The notes: generated from the letters alone by a model not told the origin. Numbered from the stretch's first letter, positions 8,491 through 19,000 are shown. The stretch is 64,000 nucleotides of DNA from an uncultured virus (IMG/VR IMGVR_UViG_3300017642_000077) (IMGVR_UViG_3300017642_000077); one strand, 5' to 3'. A program made the numbers and translations.

Positions 8491-10172
8491 TGTGCGACCT
8501 CCTGGATCATGAGCGAGGCCTTGAGCGCCGGAGCCGTGCTCCAGGTCAACTCGGTGTCGTCCTGATCCAGCCGGACCAGATTCAGGAAGCACATCGTCTT
8601 GATACTCGCGACCGGCACCTCGACGCCCAGGGTGTCGCTGATCGTCAGCACTTCGGTGCCTGGCGCGCCGCGCTTAATGGATGTGACCTGCCGGAAGTAT
8701 TGCACACCGGCTGTGGTCTCGACGAACAGATGCGTCCTGGTCGGATGGCCCGAGAGCATGGCGAATCCACAGTCCTCGACCAAAATGGTCTGATCGCTGG
8801 CGCCGATGGCCTGCGCCGGGGCCATGGACGCGTCGTAGTTGGGGTACCAGAACGGCACCCGCCGACCGTAGCACCGGGCCACAAACTGCCGGGCCGTAAA
8901 CGCGGCTGCACGGTCAATGGCCACGATGTCTACCTGCACCTGTTGGGACGTGAAGTCGGACGGGCTGGAAAAGAAGACCGTTCCGGTCGAGTAATCCAGT
9001 TCGGAGATGACCCGGGTGAACGTCACCGGCTGGGTGGAGGACTGGAGAAACCGGGATGGGTAAACGAAGACGTCCAGGCCGAGGTATTGCGGCAGCGGCA
9101 GGCCGACGTCGAGGTCGCGATCATCCAGGAGCCGGAACTCCAGGGTGTACTTGTCCTCCACGGCCGGGGCGCGTTCCTTGGTTGGGGCCGAGGCGAACCG
9201 GGCCAGTTGCACCGGGATTGCGTAGACCGGGCCGGTGTGCCCGGCTGGCGGCGAAAGAGGCTTAGTGACGGTGATGCTCGATGCCGTCAGGGATTCAACT
9301 GGCAAGGTCTGGGTCGCCGTCTCAGACCACCAGATGCAGACCATATCGCCTGCGGCCAGGGACATGTTCGTGGTATCCACGGCTACCGTGGCGTCGCCCT
9401 CGGCCGGGGCGGTGGACAGGCGTTCGGCCTCGTGGAAGAGCGGGAGAGACCATGAATTTGCTCGCCACGCCTGGACCTGATTTTCAAGCCGTTGCGCCAA
9501 CGCTGATGTTTGCGGCCAGATCACGAGCTTGATCGTTCTGCGCGGCTCTTGGCGCACCTGAATGCGCTGCTCCAGGCCAGTCCAGGACGTAAGCACATCC
9601 GTCAACCAGGAAATCGTCTCCACGAGCCCATCCTGGGGCCATTGCGTCAGCACCACGGCCCGGGTGCCGGTCAGGGTGATGAGAATGTTTTCAGTTCCGA
9701 AAACAAACGTGTGCGCGGCCGCGATATCCACCGGGCCAGCGGAGCCGATGACGTAGGTGACAATCTGGCTGGCCAAAGGGTCGAGGGTAAAGGGCGTGCC
9801 CGGAGTGTTGTGCGTGATCCCGTCCATTTCGGACTCTATGTCATTGGAGCAGGTCACGGCGTCCAGAGAGGCGTTCCACAATTCGACCGTGGATTCCGCA
9901 CCATCGATCACCGTCCCCAGATCAATGTCCGCCGACGGCAATGCGTAGACATGGCCAAATGCAAATCCAGGCAACAGCACCCCGGCGTGGCTGGCTGGGT
10001 GCATTTCGATGGGCGCGTTGCTGGTCAATGCACCGGACAACGCTCCATCCAGCACCAGGCAGGCATTGCTCGCCAACGGCCACGTATTGGGGCCTGGCAT
10101 GGACGGCGTATAACTGACCTCGTCAAAATCGGTCAGCAACGCCGAGGGAAGTGTGCCGGTGTAGGTGCTCAT
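8487..10172 (-). CDS. Virion structural (distal tail-like) protein
   Basis: 561 aa, E..SWLTDVL.S..G.EQR...R.EPRR and GRR.PFW.P motifs. Confidence 0.72.
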   Translation of the reverse strand: MSTYTGTLPSALLTDFDEVSYTPSMPGPNTWPLASNACLVLDGALSGALTSNAPIEMHPASHAGVLLPGFAFGHVYALPSADIDLGTVIDGAESTVELWNASLDAVTCSNDIESEMDGITHNTPGTPFTLDPLASQIVTYVIGSAGPVDIAAAHTFVFGTENILITLTGTRAVVLTQWPQDGLVETISWLTDVLTSWTGLEQRIQVRQEPRRTIKLVIWPQTSALAQRLENQVQAWRANSWSLPLFHEAERLSTAPAEGDATVAVDTTNMSLAAGDMVCIWWSETATQTLPVESLTASSITVTKPLSPPAGHTGPVYAIPVQLARFASAPTKERAPAVEDKYTLEFRLLDDRDLDVGLPLPQYLGLDVFVYPSRFLQSSTQPVTFTRVISELDYSTGTVFFSSPSDFTSQQVQVDIVAIDRAAAFTARQFVARCYGRRVPFWYPNYDASMAPAQAIGASDQTILVEDCGFAMLSGHPTRTHLFVETTAGVQYFRQVTSIKRGAPGTEVLTISDTLGVEVPVASIKTMCFLNLVRLDQDDTELTWSTAPALKASLMIQEVAQ

Positions 10173-11221
10173 CAGACCCCATCATACTCGACGGCTAACA
10201 CGCTATTAGAACTCCCGAGAACGGTATAAATTGGCAGAAGCATGTACTCTTGCCCAGCGTATGTAACTACTTGCTCGAACAATGACACTGGGACAGACGT
10301 TATTTTAACGTGTGACAACTCACCAAGAAATGAGGTATTCGTTAGTGAGATATTTCTTATCATCCTCACCTGCGCTGGGAAAAGAAGTATTGGAGAAACA
10401 ATACTAGATGGGAGTACCTGTAAATAGCTTGTGTTAAAGCTACCTGAACACGACGTTACTGTCCGTGATGTAAGGCTCCAATACCCACAATTGGGAGGCA
10501 AGAAAAGGGTATCGGATGTAGTCCCAGAAGACGCCCGTCCAGAAGTCACCCAGGTCCCACCGCTTGGGACAACTCCGGCTGTTGAAATGTTTATAGCCCC
10601 ATTGACAGAATACTCTGCCGTTGTGTAGCTAAACAAATACAACAATGGATATCCGCTAGACCCTGTTGAATTTTTTGTAGAATCGCTATCGTCTACTCTG
10701 TTTGAACTAAAAAAGAACTTTCCCCCGTCCCACGCCCCGTACTTCGCTGACATTTCACCAAGATAAATGTAAGACACAAAAGTAGACGTAAAATTTAAAT
10801 AGACAATTAAAGTAAACGGACTATCAAATAAAAATATTTTATACGATCCTGCTTGATTACACCAAGTAAAACCAGCCAAACCATACCCTGTTGCGTTTTC
10901 TATTGGCGCGCCTGTCTGCGATATCCAGTTCTTTGATGGATCATACCCGGTGCCTAAATTAAACCCTATTCCGTATCTTCCTCCGTTTGTGTTTTGAGGA
11001 AATATTGACGCCCCTTTTGTGCTTCGAAAATTAACATAAACTCCATTTTTATGAGCGTGGAGACGCTTAGCGTTTGCGGAAGTTTCTGGCGAGTATGTTG
11101 GGCTATATGAAGAAGAATCGTATGTATATGAGTCTATAGTGTACCCGTTGTCTTCCAAAAGCAGCTTAATCTTTCCAAGAAGATCAAATTGATCCGTGAA
11201 AGTTCCAGATGAGTAGGCCAT
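10172..11221 (-). CDS. Virion structural protein (low GC)
   Basis: MAYSSGT start, C-terminal LGEL..V, position after the TMP, AT-rich. Confidence 0.7.
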   Translation of the reverse strand: MAYSSGTFTDQFDLLGKIKLLLEDNGYTIDSYTYDSSSYSPTYSPETSANAKRLHAHKNGVYVNFRSTKGASIFPQNTNGGRYGIGFNLGTGYDPSKNWISQTGAPIENATGYGLAGFTWCNQAGSYKIFLFDSPFTLIVYLNFTSTFVSYIYLGEMSAKYGAWDGGKFFFSSNRVDDSDSTKNSTGSSGYPLLYLFSYTTAEYSVNGAINISTAGVVPSGGTWVTSGRASSGTTSDTLFLPPNCGYWSLTSRTVTSCSGSFNTSYLQVLPSSIVSPILLFPAQVRMIRNISLTNTSFLGELSHVKITSVPVSLFEQVVTYAGQEYMLLPIYTVLGSSNSVLAVEYDGV

Positions 11222-11224
11222 TGT

Positions 11225-12142
11225 TTACTCCAGTTTGAAGGCGGCGTAAGACCGTCTTGATGTCCTATACGCCGATGCAATAATTATGTATGTGTCAGAA
11301 CCAATGGTTATTGTATCTTCTGGAACATTGTTAATTGATGGAACTCCGAAAACCCCGTCTAGCTCACCATACACCCCTCTTGTAACAGAGGCATAGTTTG
11401 ACATTAGGATACAAGGTAAAACGGGAAAAGAACCGTCAATGTTTTCTCGTAGGCTATAAAATTCATAAATAGTCGGAGACGGTGATTCTTCACTTGTTGG
11501 GGTCCCGCAATATGGATGGATTACGAGGCCATAACCGTCTCCACCCCGATTAACAACACTCATCCACGTGTTGTTTGCCAGGAACGTAGACTGTGGCCTA
11601 CTACCAGAACTTGACACTTGTGGATTCCAAAATGAAAAATGCTCAAACTCTTGCTCTGTGTATGAATTAGAAACAGAGTTGTGGCTGCCTCCAATAAATA
11701 GAGGATACGAGAGCTGCGATTCTGGAGCATAGGGGATAATCAAACCTAAATAAGCGCACTCATAGCTCAACCCACATTTTGCTATAACGATCACGCGCCT
11801 AGAGTTTACAATAAACCAATATTGAATAGTTCCGTTTGTTAGAAGTAACGGAGCGTTCGAAGTTCCTGAAATGGCCCCTGGCTGGGAAGCAAAATCAAGT
11901 AGTGACGAGTATCCAGTGTAGCCCCGCAATTTCCAATTATAATACTGGCTATCAGAATTAGTATATGTCTGAATACCAATGTAAATCTCGTCCGTCCCTG
12001 TAAGTCCTGGACCCATGGCGACATATTCGTAGACATCGCCCGTGGCATAGCGTTTTGTGGCCCAGCCCTGGGCTTCTAAGAATGTCTTGAGTGCATCCAA
12101 AAGGGCAATGTGCCCGGTACAGGTCCCCGTCGCGTAGGACAT
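11225..12142 (-). CDS. Virion structural protein
   Basis: MSYATGT start, YPLFIGG and YGELDGVFGV motifs, ATG overlaps the original TMP stop (TAATG). Confidence 0.75.
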   Translation of the reverse strand: MSYATGTCTGHIALLDALKTFLEAQGWATKRYATGDVYEYVAMGPGLTGTDEIYIGIQTYTNSDSQYYNWKLRGYTGYSSLLDFASQPGAISGTSNAPLLLTNGTIQYWFIVNSRRVIVIAKCGLSYECAYLGLIIPYAPESQLSYPLFIGGSHNSVSNSYTEQEFEHFSFWNPQVSSSGSRPQSTFLANNTWMSVVNRGGDGYGLVIHPYCGTPTSEESPSPTIYEFYSLRENIDGSFPVLPCILMSNYASVTRGVYGELDGVFGVPSINNVPEDTITIGSDTYIIIASAYRTSRRSYAAFKLE

Positions 12143-12259
12143 TACATCACCCCGTTGCGCCGCATGACGTTCACAATTATTTTTTCGCCGGCGGCGCTTT
12201 TCATGTAGTCACCGAGCACAGCGCCATCCAACACGTTGATGACCTTGACTGGGACGTTC
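12142..12259 (-). pseudogene. Detached 3' end of the tape measure gene (36 codons plus stop)
   Basis: Removing the IS and one target-site copy restores ...NVTANV-PVKVINVLDGAVLGDYMKSAAGEKIIVNVMRRNGVM*. Confidence 0.88.
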
Positions 12260-12437
12260 TGTCGGCGACCGCCCCAATGAGTCCACTGGGTGCTCAGCTA
12301 ATGGAGCCACGGAGTGCTCGCCCAATGGAGCCATTCGGTGATCATCTAATGGAGCCAGGGCAGCGATAGGCGACCGGGTTTCGGACCTTCGAGACGCCGC
12401 GTACGTCCTCTCGATCCACAAACGGGAGGAGCGCGGG

Positions 12438-13973
12438 ATGTCCAATCGGAGGTTCGAGATGTATGAGTATCATCAAGCCCTTGTTCGGATGCGTCTTGGC
12501 GAGTCGGACAGGCAGATCGCCAAGACCGGGCTGATGGGCCGCAGAAAGCTGGCCCAGGTCCGTGAGATCGCCGAAAAGCACGGCTGGCTGGTCGCGGAGG
12601 CGAGCTTACCCACCGACGCGGCCCTGGCGCTGTTTTTCTCCGGCCGGGCATCGAAGCAGCCCTCCACATCCAGCATTATCCCCTACCAGGACGAAGTCCG
12701 GGACTGGGTCAAGCAGGGCATTGCCGGCTGCACGATCCATCAGGCCCTGATTCGCAAGTACGGCTTCACGGGCGCCTATTCCAGCGTCAGGCGTTTTGTC
12801 GCCAAGATCAAGCAGACGCCTGCGAAGGCCACGGTGATGCTGGATTTTGCGCCGGGGAAGGCGGTGCAGGTGGATTTCGGTGCCGGCCCGGTGATTACCG
12901 ACGCCTTCACAGGTGAAGTCATCAAGACCCATTTCTTCGTGATGACGCTGGCCTGGAGCCGGCATCAGTATGCGGAGATCGTACGCGACCAGAAGATCGA
13001 GACCTGGCTCGGCTGTCATCGTCGGGCGTTCGAGTTTTTCGGCGGCGTCCCAGCCAGGGTCATCATCGACAATCCCAAGTGCGCCATTACCAAGGCCTGT
13101 TACCACGATCCCGAGGTTCAGCGCTCCTATGAGGCCTTTGCCGAGGAGTATGGCTTCCTGATTTCGCCCTGCCCGCCGCGTGAACCGCAGAAAAAGGGCA
13201 GGGTCGAGTCTGGGGTGAAGTTCATCAAAATCAACTTCTTGCCGACACGGACCTTTCGCAGCCTCCATGACGCCAACGCGCAGCTTCTGGAATGGGTCAT
13301 GGGCTATGCGGGGAATCGCACCCACGGCACAACCAAGACCCAGCCGTTGGCGTTGTTTGCCGAGACGGAAAAGCACATCCTGCGCCCTTTGCCGGACGTG
13401 CCGCCGGAACTGGCTGTTTGGGCCAAGGTGAAGCTGCACGGCAACTGCCATGTCGAGTTTCGCCGCTGCTACTACTCCGCCCCCTGCCGACTGGTGCATC
13501 AAATCCTGTGGCTTCGCGCCACGGAAAAGACCGTGCAAATCTTCCACGACAACGAGTTGATCGCCATCCATTCCCGACGGTTAAAGCCGGGGAGCAAGGC
13601 CACCGTCCAGGAACACCTGCCACCAGAGGCCCAGGCCTACATCATGCACGATCCGCAGTGGTGCCTGCTCCAGTCCGAAAAGGTCGGGCAGGCCTGCCGT
13701 GAGTTCATCGATGCACTCTTTGCCCACAAGGTCCTGGACAATCTCCGGGCCGCCCAGGGAACACTGCAACTCAAGAAGAAGTACGGGGCCAAACGCCTGG
13801 AAGACGCTTGCCGCCGCGCCTTGGACCATCACGATCCCCGCTACAACACCGTCAAACGCATCCTGGAAAAGGGGCTGGATGTCCTGCCTCGACCCGTTTT
13901 CCACGAGGAGGTGAAAGATATCTACAGAGGAAAATCGAAGTATTGCCGAGAATTACGAGGAATCCTGCAATGA
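12438..13973 (+). CDS. istA: IS21 transposase
   Basis: 511 aa, QVDFG, IIDNPK and KGRVE DDE motifs. Confidence 0.95.
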   Translation: MSNRRFEMYEYHQALVRMRLGESDRQIAKTGLMGRRKLAQVREIAEKHGWLVAEASLPTDAALALFFSGRASKQPSTSSIIPYQDEVRDWVKQGIAGCTIHQALIRKYGFTGAYSSVRRFVAKIKQTPAKATVMLDFAPGKAVQVDFGAGPVITDAFTGEVIKTHFFVMTLAWSRHQYAEIVRDQKIETWLGCHRRAFEFFGGVPARVIIDNPKCAITKACYHDPEVQRSYEAFAEEYGFLISPCPPREPQKKGRVESGVKFIKINFLPTRTFRSLHDANAQLLEWVMGYAGNRTHGTTKTQPLALFAETEKHILRPLPDVPPELAVWAKVKLHGNCHVEFRRCYYSAPCRLVHQILWLRATEKTVQIFHDNELIAIHSRRLKPGSKATVQEHLPPEAQAYIMHDPQWCLLQSEKVGQACREFIDALFAHKVLDNLRAAQGTLQLKKKYGAKRLEDACRRALDHHDPRYNTVKRILEKGLDVLPRPVFHEEVKDIYRGKSKYCRELRGILQ

Positions 13974-13986
13974 AAAGGAGGAAGTC

Positions 13987-14763
13987 ATGAACCCCATGCC
14001 AGCGCTCGAACCGGCGCTCAAGCAACTGCGTCTCTCCGGCATCCTGGACTCCATGGAGATCCGCAACAGGCAGGCCATCGAGGACGGCCTGTCCCACGTG
14101 GAGTTCCTGGCCATGCTGATTGGGGACGAGGTGGCCCGCCGGGACCAGAAAAAGTTCTCGCTTCGTGTGCGCCGGGCCGGTTTCCGCAGCGAAAAGACCT
14201 TGGAAAGCTTCGACTTCGGCTACAATCCGGCCATCAACAAGGCGCTTATCCTGGACCTGGCCACCTGCCGTTTCCTTGAGGAAAAGGCCCCGGTGCTCAT
14301 CGTCGGCCCCTGCGGCACCGGCAAAAGCCATATCGCCCAGGCACTTGGCCATGCCGCCGCCCGAAAAGGCTACGAGGTGCTGTTTACGCCTGTCGGCAAG
14401 CTCCTGGGCATGCTTCAGGCGGCCAAGGCGACCAACGCCTACGACAGAAAACTCTCCGCCCTGGCCAAGACGGATCTGCTCATCATAGACGACTTCGGGC
14501 TGAAACCCTTTAAATCTTCAGAGGATGAGGATTTCCATGACCTGATCGCCGAACGCTACGAACGCGTTTCGACAGTGATCACCAGCAACCTGGACTTCGC
14601 CGAATGGGGAGAAGCCTTCAATAACAAGCTGCTCGGGGCGGCGACCTTGGACCGGATCCGGCACGGGGCCTACAAGGTCATCCTCGAAGGACGGAGCTAT
14701 CGAAGCTCCAGGGAAGAGGCGGCACTTAAAAACCGCGTTGCCGGTGCGGAGGAAAACACCTAA
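13987..14763 (+). CDS. istB: IS21 AAA+ helper ATPase
   Basis: Walker A GPCGTGKS, Walker B LLIIDDFG, ITSN, LDRI. Confidence 0.95.
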   Translation: MNPMPALEPALKQLRLSGILDSMEIRNRQAIEDGLSHVEFLAMLIGDEVARRDQKKFSLRVRRAGFRSEKTLESFDFGYNPAINKALILDLATCRFLEEKAPVLIVGPCGTGKSHIAQALGHAAARKGYEVLFTPVGKLLGMLQAAKATNAYDRKLSALAKTDLLIIDDFGLKPFKSSEDEDFHDLIAERYERVSTVITSNLDFAEWGEAFNNKLLGAATLDRIRHGAYKVILEGRSYRSSREEAALKNRVAGAEENT

Positions 14764-14810
14764 CTTTTCGATGCGTCCGAACCCCGGAAACGCCACCCAA
14801 GGTGGCTCCA

Positions 14811-17800
14811 TTAGGGGTGCACATCGCTGGCTCCATTAGGGCGGTCAATGACAACGTTCGCTGTGACGTTGGTTGGCTTGCTCGATTGGTTTTTTTGGCC
14901 CACGTCTACCTTGACGCCCAAGTCGTTGTTGCTCATGCGCTTAAGCGGCATGATAGCTTCATAACCCTTCTCGCCAGCCACCCCGAGCCCGCCAGATGCA
15001 AACGCGTGGAAGCCGCTATCCGCCGTCGTGAATAAGGTCGGTGATGTCAGGATGGAGTTCGTGGGAAGAGTTGTTCCAGAGAAAGCGCCGCCGTTTGCAA
15101 AACCGAAAATGCTCAGGAGAGACCAGCTCGAATTTGCGGTGCTTCCAAAAAGTCCACTGAGAAAATCACCCGTGAACTGCTTTGCTATCGAATCGAAAAT
15201 ATTATTCAGCCACTGCTCAAGAATCTTTTGTGCGAAGTTACTGAATGCGTTCCCAAGGTTCTCAAGCAATGAGGACCAAATGTCCTCCATATCCAGGGAG
15301 CCTTGCGCGAGCCCCTTAAGAAGATCACCGAATGTATCGCCAATCGCAGAAGAAATATCACGCGACAGATCGAACAGAGATTCACCAAGCATTTTGGCGT
15401 TGTCTCTCATCCTTGACATATCATCTTTATACGTACCGAATTTGAGAGACAAGGTTGCATAAAATGCGTCTGTTGCATTCCCGTATTTTTGGATATCTTT
15501 TAACGTCTTCTCCATCGCGTCTTCTTTGTTTACCTTGGAAAAGGCTTCACTCTCTTTGTCTCCAGCCTTTTGTGCGGCGGCTATAATCTCATCGTATGCT
15601 GCCATGCGCACAAGGACCATCTTAGAAGATATTTCGGAAAAGCCCTGGAGGTCTTGCTCGTAGATTTGCAATCTAGCCTCTTGGGCTTTCTTCTCCTCGC
15701 TATTGATCTGATTGTAGGCGCTGGCGTACTCTTCAAATGACCCCGCCGTTTCCAACTTGATTTGAGCTGACTTATTATTGGCAAGCAGATGTAGGACATC
15801 GATCATCTTGTCCAATTCAGGACCGGCCGGGAATTTCTTTCGAAGGTCAAACTCCTGAGCTTTTTCCCACAAGGACACCTCAAGCTGCCGGCCCTGGCCG
15901 AGCATGGATACGTCGCCAACAGCTTGGCCATACTCCTTCCAGAGGTTGGCCTTGTTGATCAGGGACTGTTCCTCGTCCCGATCAAGCTCTTTGAGCTGCG
16001 CCGACCGGCTTTGGGCAAGCTGCGCATCGATGGCCGCACGCTCTTCAGCAGAAGCATTTATATAAGCGTCCCGCTTGTGGACTTCATCAATTTCTTGTTG
16101 AATTAAAGTACGCTTGTACTGATATTCTCCCATTTCAATGGAATTGATCTTGTTTGTTGACTCTTTTTTCAAAGAAACGATATCGTTTGAATCCTTGGCG
16201 TAATCAGCTAGTGAGCGATCTGTTTTGTCTCGTTGAGCAGCAAGAGGGTCAACTACATACGCCATCGCCTTGCCACCGCCCACCCGCTTTAGATAGGTCG
16301 ATGCATCTGTCATGCGCAGACCATGGCTCGACATCTCGACTATTTTGGCAGCGCCAGTTGTTGCATCTCTATAAAACGCGACGATATGGTCTATCCCGCG
16401 ATAGTGATCTTTGTCCCAATCTTTCGGCCCGGTATCAAACCCCAAAAGCATACCAGTTTTTAGGGCGTCAATGTTGATGCTTTTCGCAGCACCTTGAAGC
16501 ATCGTCCCCGTCGCGTTTTGAAGTTTCTGGATCATCGCTCCAGAACTATTTGATTTGCTTACTGCGCTAAATATGGCGCCGTCTGTTCCTGCGGCGCGAA
16601 GCTCTTGCCCCATATTTTTATCCAAAGCCTTGAACCAATTCGCGATCCACCCGGAACAATCTTGAGCCCCGCTGGACAAGTCTTTTGCCCCGCGCGCATA
16701 TTTAAGCCCCAAGGACAATGTCTCATTGTAGAAACCGGAAAGATTCTTTCCCACTTCATTGACAAGCATCTGGTTCCGCTCGTCCTTGGGCATGGCGGAA
16801 TAAAGTTCTGTCTTGGACGCCTGTTCTTTTTTTGCCTCGTCAACCTTATTTGAGTAGACACTTTTTGCGTAAGACGTGTCAGACAGCTTGTCGGTGATGG
16901 TCTTGATTATGCCAGCATCATTCGTAAGCGCTGCATTCGCCTTCTCAAGTTGCTCAGTGAAGAACTTTACTGCCTCGCCGGCGCCTTCGGCCTTCGCCTT
17001 GTCAAGATTGTCGGTGAAAAATTTGACGGCCGATTCGTCTTGCGCCTTCGCTTCATTGGCCTTTACGAGGTCGGCCTGGAGAGTCGCTTCAACAGCATTA
17101 ACATTCCCAAGGCTTCCCTGGGCTTTTCGCACCTTATCAAGCGCAGTCCCCTCAAGAAGCTTGTTGAGCGTAGCGATTGCTTCAGTCAGCTCTTGCGTAT
17201 TGACGCCGATCTTGACGTCTTGGTTGTTGAGCTTGTCGAGCTTCGAGCGAATGTCGTCGATCTGGTCGGACGTCTCTTTTAAGGCGTGATTCGTGGCATC
17301 CGTCTTAATCGGTGTGTTATTTAACTTGTCATATCGAGACTTGAGTTCTTCAAGCCGTCCCTGTAATCTGTAAAAATAGTCGGTCGTTGTTTCGGTAGCG
17401 CGTTGCTTTGATGATTCACTCGAAACATAGGTGGAGGCGGAGCTAGAACTATATGAAGAAATTAGCTTCGCCCCTGAAACGTGAGCCGAAACGAGATCAG
17501 TTTGAGCTGTTTTTGTTTTAAATATTTGAGTTCTTACTTTTTCAAATTCATCAATAGACTGATTTACATCCTCATATATTCCACCAATAACAGCTCCAGC
17601 CAAAGTTCCGGCGCCATTTTTTGTAAACAAGAACCCAGTTGCCCCGCCAACAAGCGCCCCACGCAACCTCGGGTCTATTGAATTCCATGAATTTGAAATG
17701 CCAGCGAACCTATCCGGTATGCTTGAAAGTGCATCTCCAAGAGACTTGATGCCGTTTGCGAAGTTGTCAAAATCCGTCTCGTCAAGGCTCAAGGCCCATT

Positions 17801-18665
17801 CTCTGAACTTGACAACCACATCCGCCACGGCAGACGCAATGTGCTCAAGCCCCGCCTGAATGCGTGGATCTTGGACTTTAATGCCCAAGTCCTTCATGGT
17901 GTAGGTCAGCTCATCAACAAGAGTGGAGGTGGCGGGGAGAAGCGGAGTCCCAAGATTCCTCTTGAACTCTTCAAAATATCGCGGGAGGCTGGAAATTTTC
18001 TTGCCAGCAGTGGTCAGGGCCGCTTCATAGACGCCAACATTGCGGGCGGCCACCTCTTCAACGGCCCGGGTCCTGGCAAGCGTCTTTTCTCGTTGTGTCA
18101 GAGCATCAGAATTCTTGTTGAGTTCCAGGCCAAGCCGCTTGTAGCTGGCCTCGAAATCAACGTTTATACCGATCTCGCGCAGGATCTCGGTGTCACCCTT
18201 CTGGATGCCGGCCACCATGCGGCCGAAGGCTTCGGAGGAGTTGATGCCACCAATGACCGCAGCGTCCTGTGCCGCGCGGGCAAGCGTTGACGCCTCGGCA
18301 AGGTCTATCTGCGCCTGGATCATGGCGATGATCGAGTTCCGTGATTCCTGGGCTGTAATGCCTCCCTTGCGCATCGCCATTTCGACGTCATACATGCGCT
18401 GCATGGAGACGCCGGCGGTTTTGCCTATTTGCTCCATGACGACGCCAAGCGTCTGGTAGCGAGCAGCCAACAAGGCCGCATCCTGGACGTAGGACGCGAC
18501 CTTGTAGGTGGCGAATGCGGCTGCGAGGTATTTGGCGGCCTTGGTGAGGCCGTCCATGGTCGTTTCGGCGTTCTTGCCGGCCTTGGTCAGGGCGTCGAGG
18601 TCTTGGGCCGCAACCTTGGCTTCAAGGGTGCTGATCCTGATATTGAGTTCGGCCAGGTCGGACAT
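14811..18665 (-). CDS. Tape measure protein, C-terminally truncated by IS21, with internal NlpC/P60-like domain
   Basis: 1284 aa, Ala/Lys-rich, FANGG and GEKG.EAIMPL lambda-H-like C-terminal motifs, follows the tail chaperones. Confidence 0.9.
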   Translation of the reverse strand: MSDLAELNIRISTLEAKVAAQDLDALTKAGKNAETTMDGLTKAAKYLAAAFATYKVASYVQDAALLAARYQTLGVVMEQIGKTAGVSMQRMYDVEMAMRKGGITAQESRNSIIAMIQAQIDLAEASTLARAAQDAAVIGGINSSEAFGRMVAGIQKGDTEILREIGINVDFEASYKRLGLELNKNSDALTQREKTLARTRAVEEVAARNVGVYEAALTTAGKKISSLPRYFEEFKRNLGTPLLPATSTLVDELTYTMKDLGIKVQDPRIQAGLEHIASAVADVVVKFREWALSLDETDFDNFANGIKSLGDALSSIPDRFAGISNSWNSIDPRLRGALVGGATGFLFTKNGAGTLAGAVIGGIYEDVNQSIDEFEKVRTQIFKTKTAQTDLVSAHVSGAKLISSYSSSSASTYVSSESSKQRATETTTDYFYRLQGRLEELKSRYDKLNNTPIKTDATNHALKETSDQIDDIRSKLDKLNNQDVKIGVNTQELTEAIATLNKLLEGTALDKVRKAQGSLGNVNAVEATLQADLVKANEAKAQDESAVKFFTDNLDKAKAEGAGEAVKFFTEQLEKANAALTNDAGIIKTITDKLSDTSYAKSVYSNKVDEAKKEQASKTELYSAMPKDERNQMLVNEVGKNLSGFYNETLSLGLKYARGAKDLSSGAQDCSGWIANWFKALDKNMGQELRAAGTDGAIFSAVSKSNSSGAMIQKLQNATGTMLQGAAKSINIDALKTGMLLGFDTGPKDWDKDHYRGIDHIVAFYRDATTGAAKIVEMSSHGLRMTDASTYLKRVGGGKAMAYVVDPLAAQRDKTDRSLADYAKDSNDIVSLKKESTNKINSIEMGEYQYKRTLIQQEIDEVHKRDAYINASAEERAAIDAQLAQSRSAQLKELDRDEEQSLINKANLWKEYGQAVGDVSMLGQGRQLEVSLWEKAQEFDLRKKFPAGPELDKMIDVLHLLANNKSAQIKLETAGSFEEYASAYNQINSEEKKAQEARLQIYEQDLQGFSEISSKMVLVRMAAYDEIIAAAQKAGDKESEAFSKVNKEDAMEKTLKDIQKYGNATDAFYATLSLKFGTYKDDMSRMRDNAKMLGESLFDLSRDISSAIGDTFGDLLKGLAQGSLDMEDIWSSLLENLGNAFSNFAQKILEQWLNNIFDSIAKQFTGDFLSGLFGSTANSSWSLLSIFGFANGGAFSGTTLPTNSILTSPTLFTTADSGFHAFASGGLGVAGEKGYEAIMPLKRMSNNDLGVKVDVGQKNQSSKPTNVTANVVIDRPNGASDVHP

Positions 18666-18668
18666 GGA

Positions 18669-18980
18669 TCAACCCCTTTTCTCTGCGATCTTTGCGGCTG
18701 CGCCCAAATAGGCCACGTCCATTTGCCGTAAAATTTCGACTTCCCATGCCCGTGGAGACGTTCGCAAAAGCCGACCCCAGGCCTCAATTTCGGCGTATGT
18801 CAGGGGCGCTGGCCCAAATCCTCCGCCGCGCCCCTGGTGCAAGTCCCAGAACCAAAGCCAAATATGCTTCCCTTCGGGCGGAATCTCCGGCGGTTCGACC
18901 GGCCTCCCCGCCTGCATCAGATTTTGCCGGAGCGTTGTTCCGCCCTTGCGGGGGGTGTCCATCTCGACCAGGAAGTCCAC
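18669..18980 (-). CDS. Tail assembly chaperone, gpT-like frameshift extension
   Basis: W.WF.DL...R..G.GP.PL.Y.EI.AW motif, reached by a -1 shift from the upstream ORF. Confidence 0.8.
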   Translation of the reverse strand: MDFLVEMDTPRKGGTTLRQNLMQAGRPVEPPEIPPEGKHIWLWFWDLHQGRGGGFGPAPLTYAEIEAWGRLLRTSPRAWEVEILRQMDVAYLGAAAKIAEKRG

Positions 18981-19000
18981 CCCCGCGCAAAGGGACTGGG

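Larger units (their letters stand above)
12260..14853 (+). mobile_element. IS21-family insertion sequence (2594 bp)
   Basis: Terminal IRs TGTCGGCGACCGCCCCAATG / TGTCATTGACCGCCCTAATG, internal AATGGAGCCA repeats at both ends, 6-bp target duplication ACGTTC (12254-12259, 14854-14859). Confidence 0.95.

Noticed and set aside
8409..9455. 348-aa plus-strand ORF in the tail region
   Set aside because: Antisense shadow with no recognisable domain
12296..12360. AATGGAGCCA repeats at ~24-bp period resembling a mini-CRISPR or iterons
   Set aside because: They are mirrored at the other IS end and are typical IS21 transposase-binding repeats
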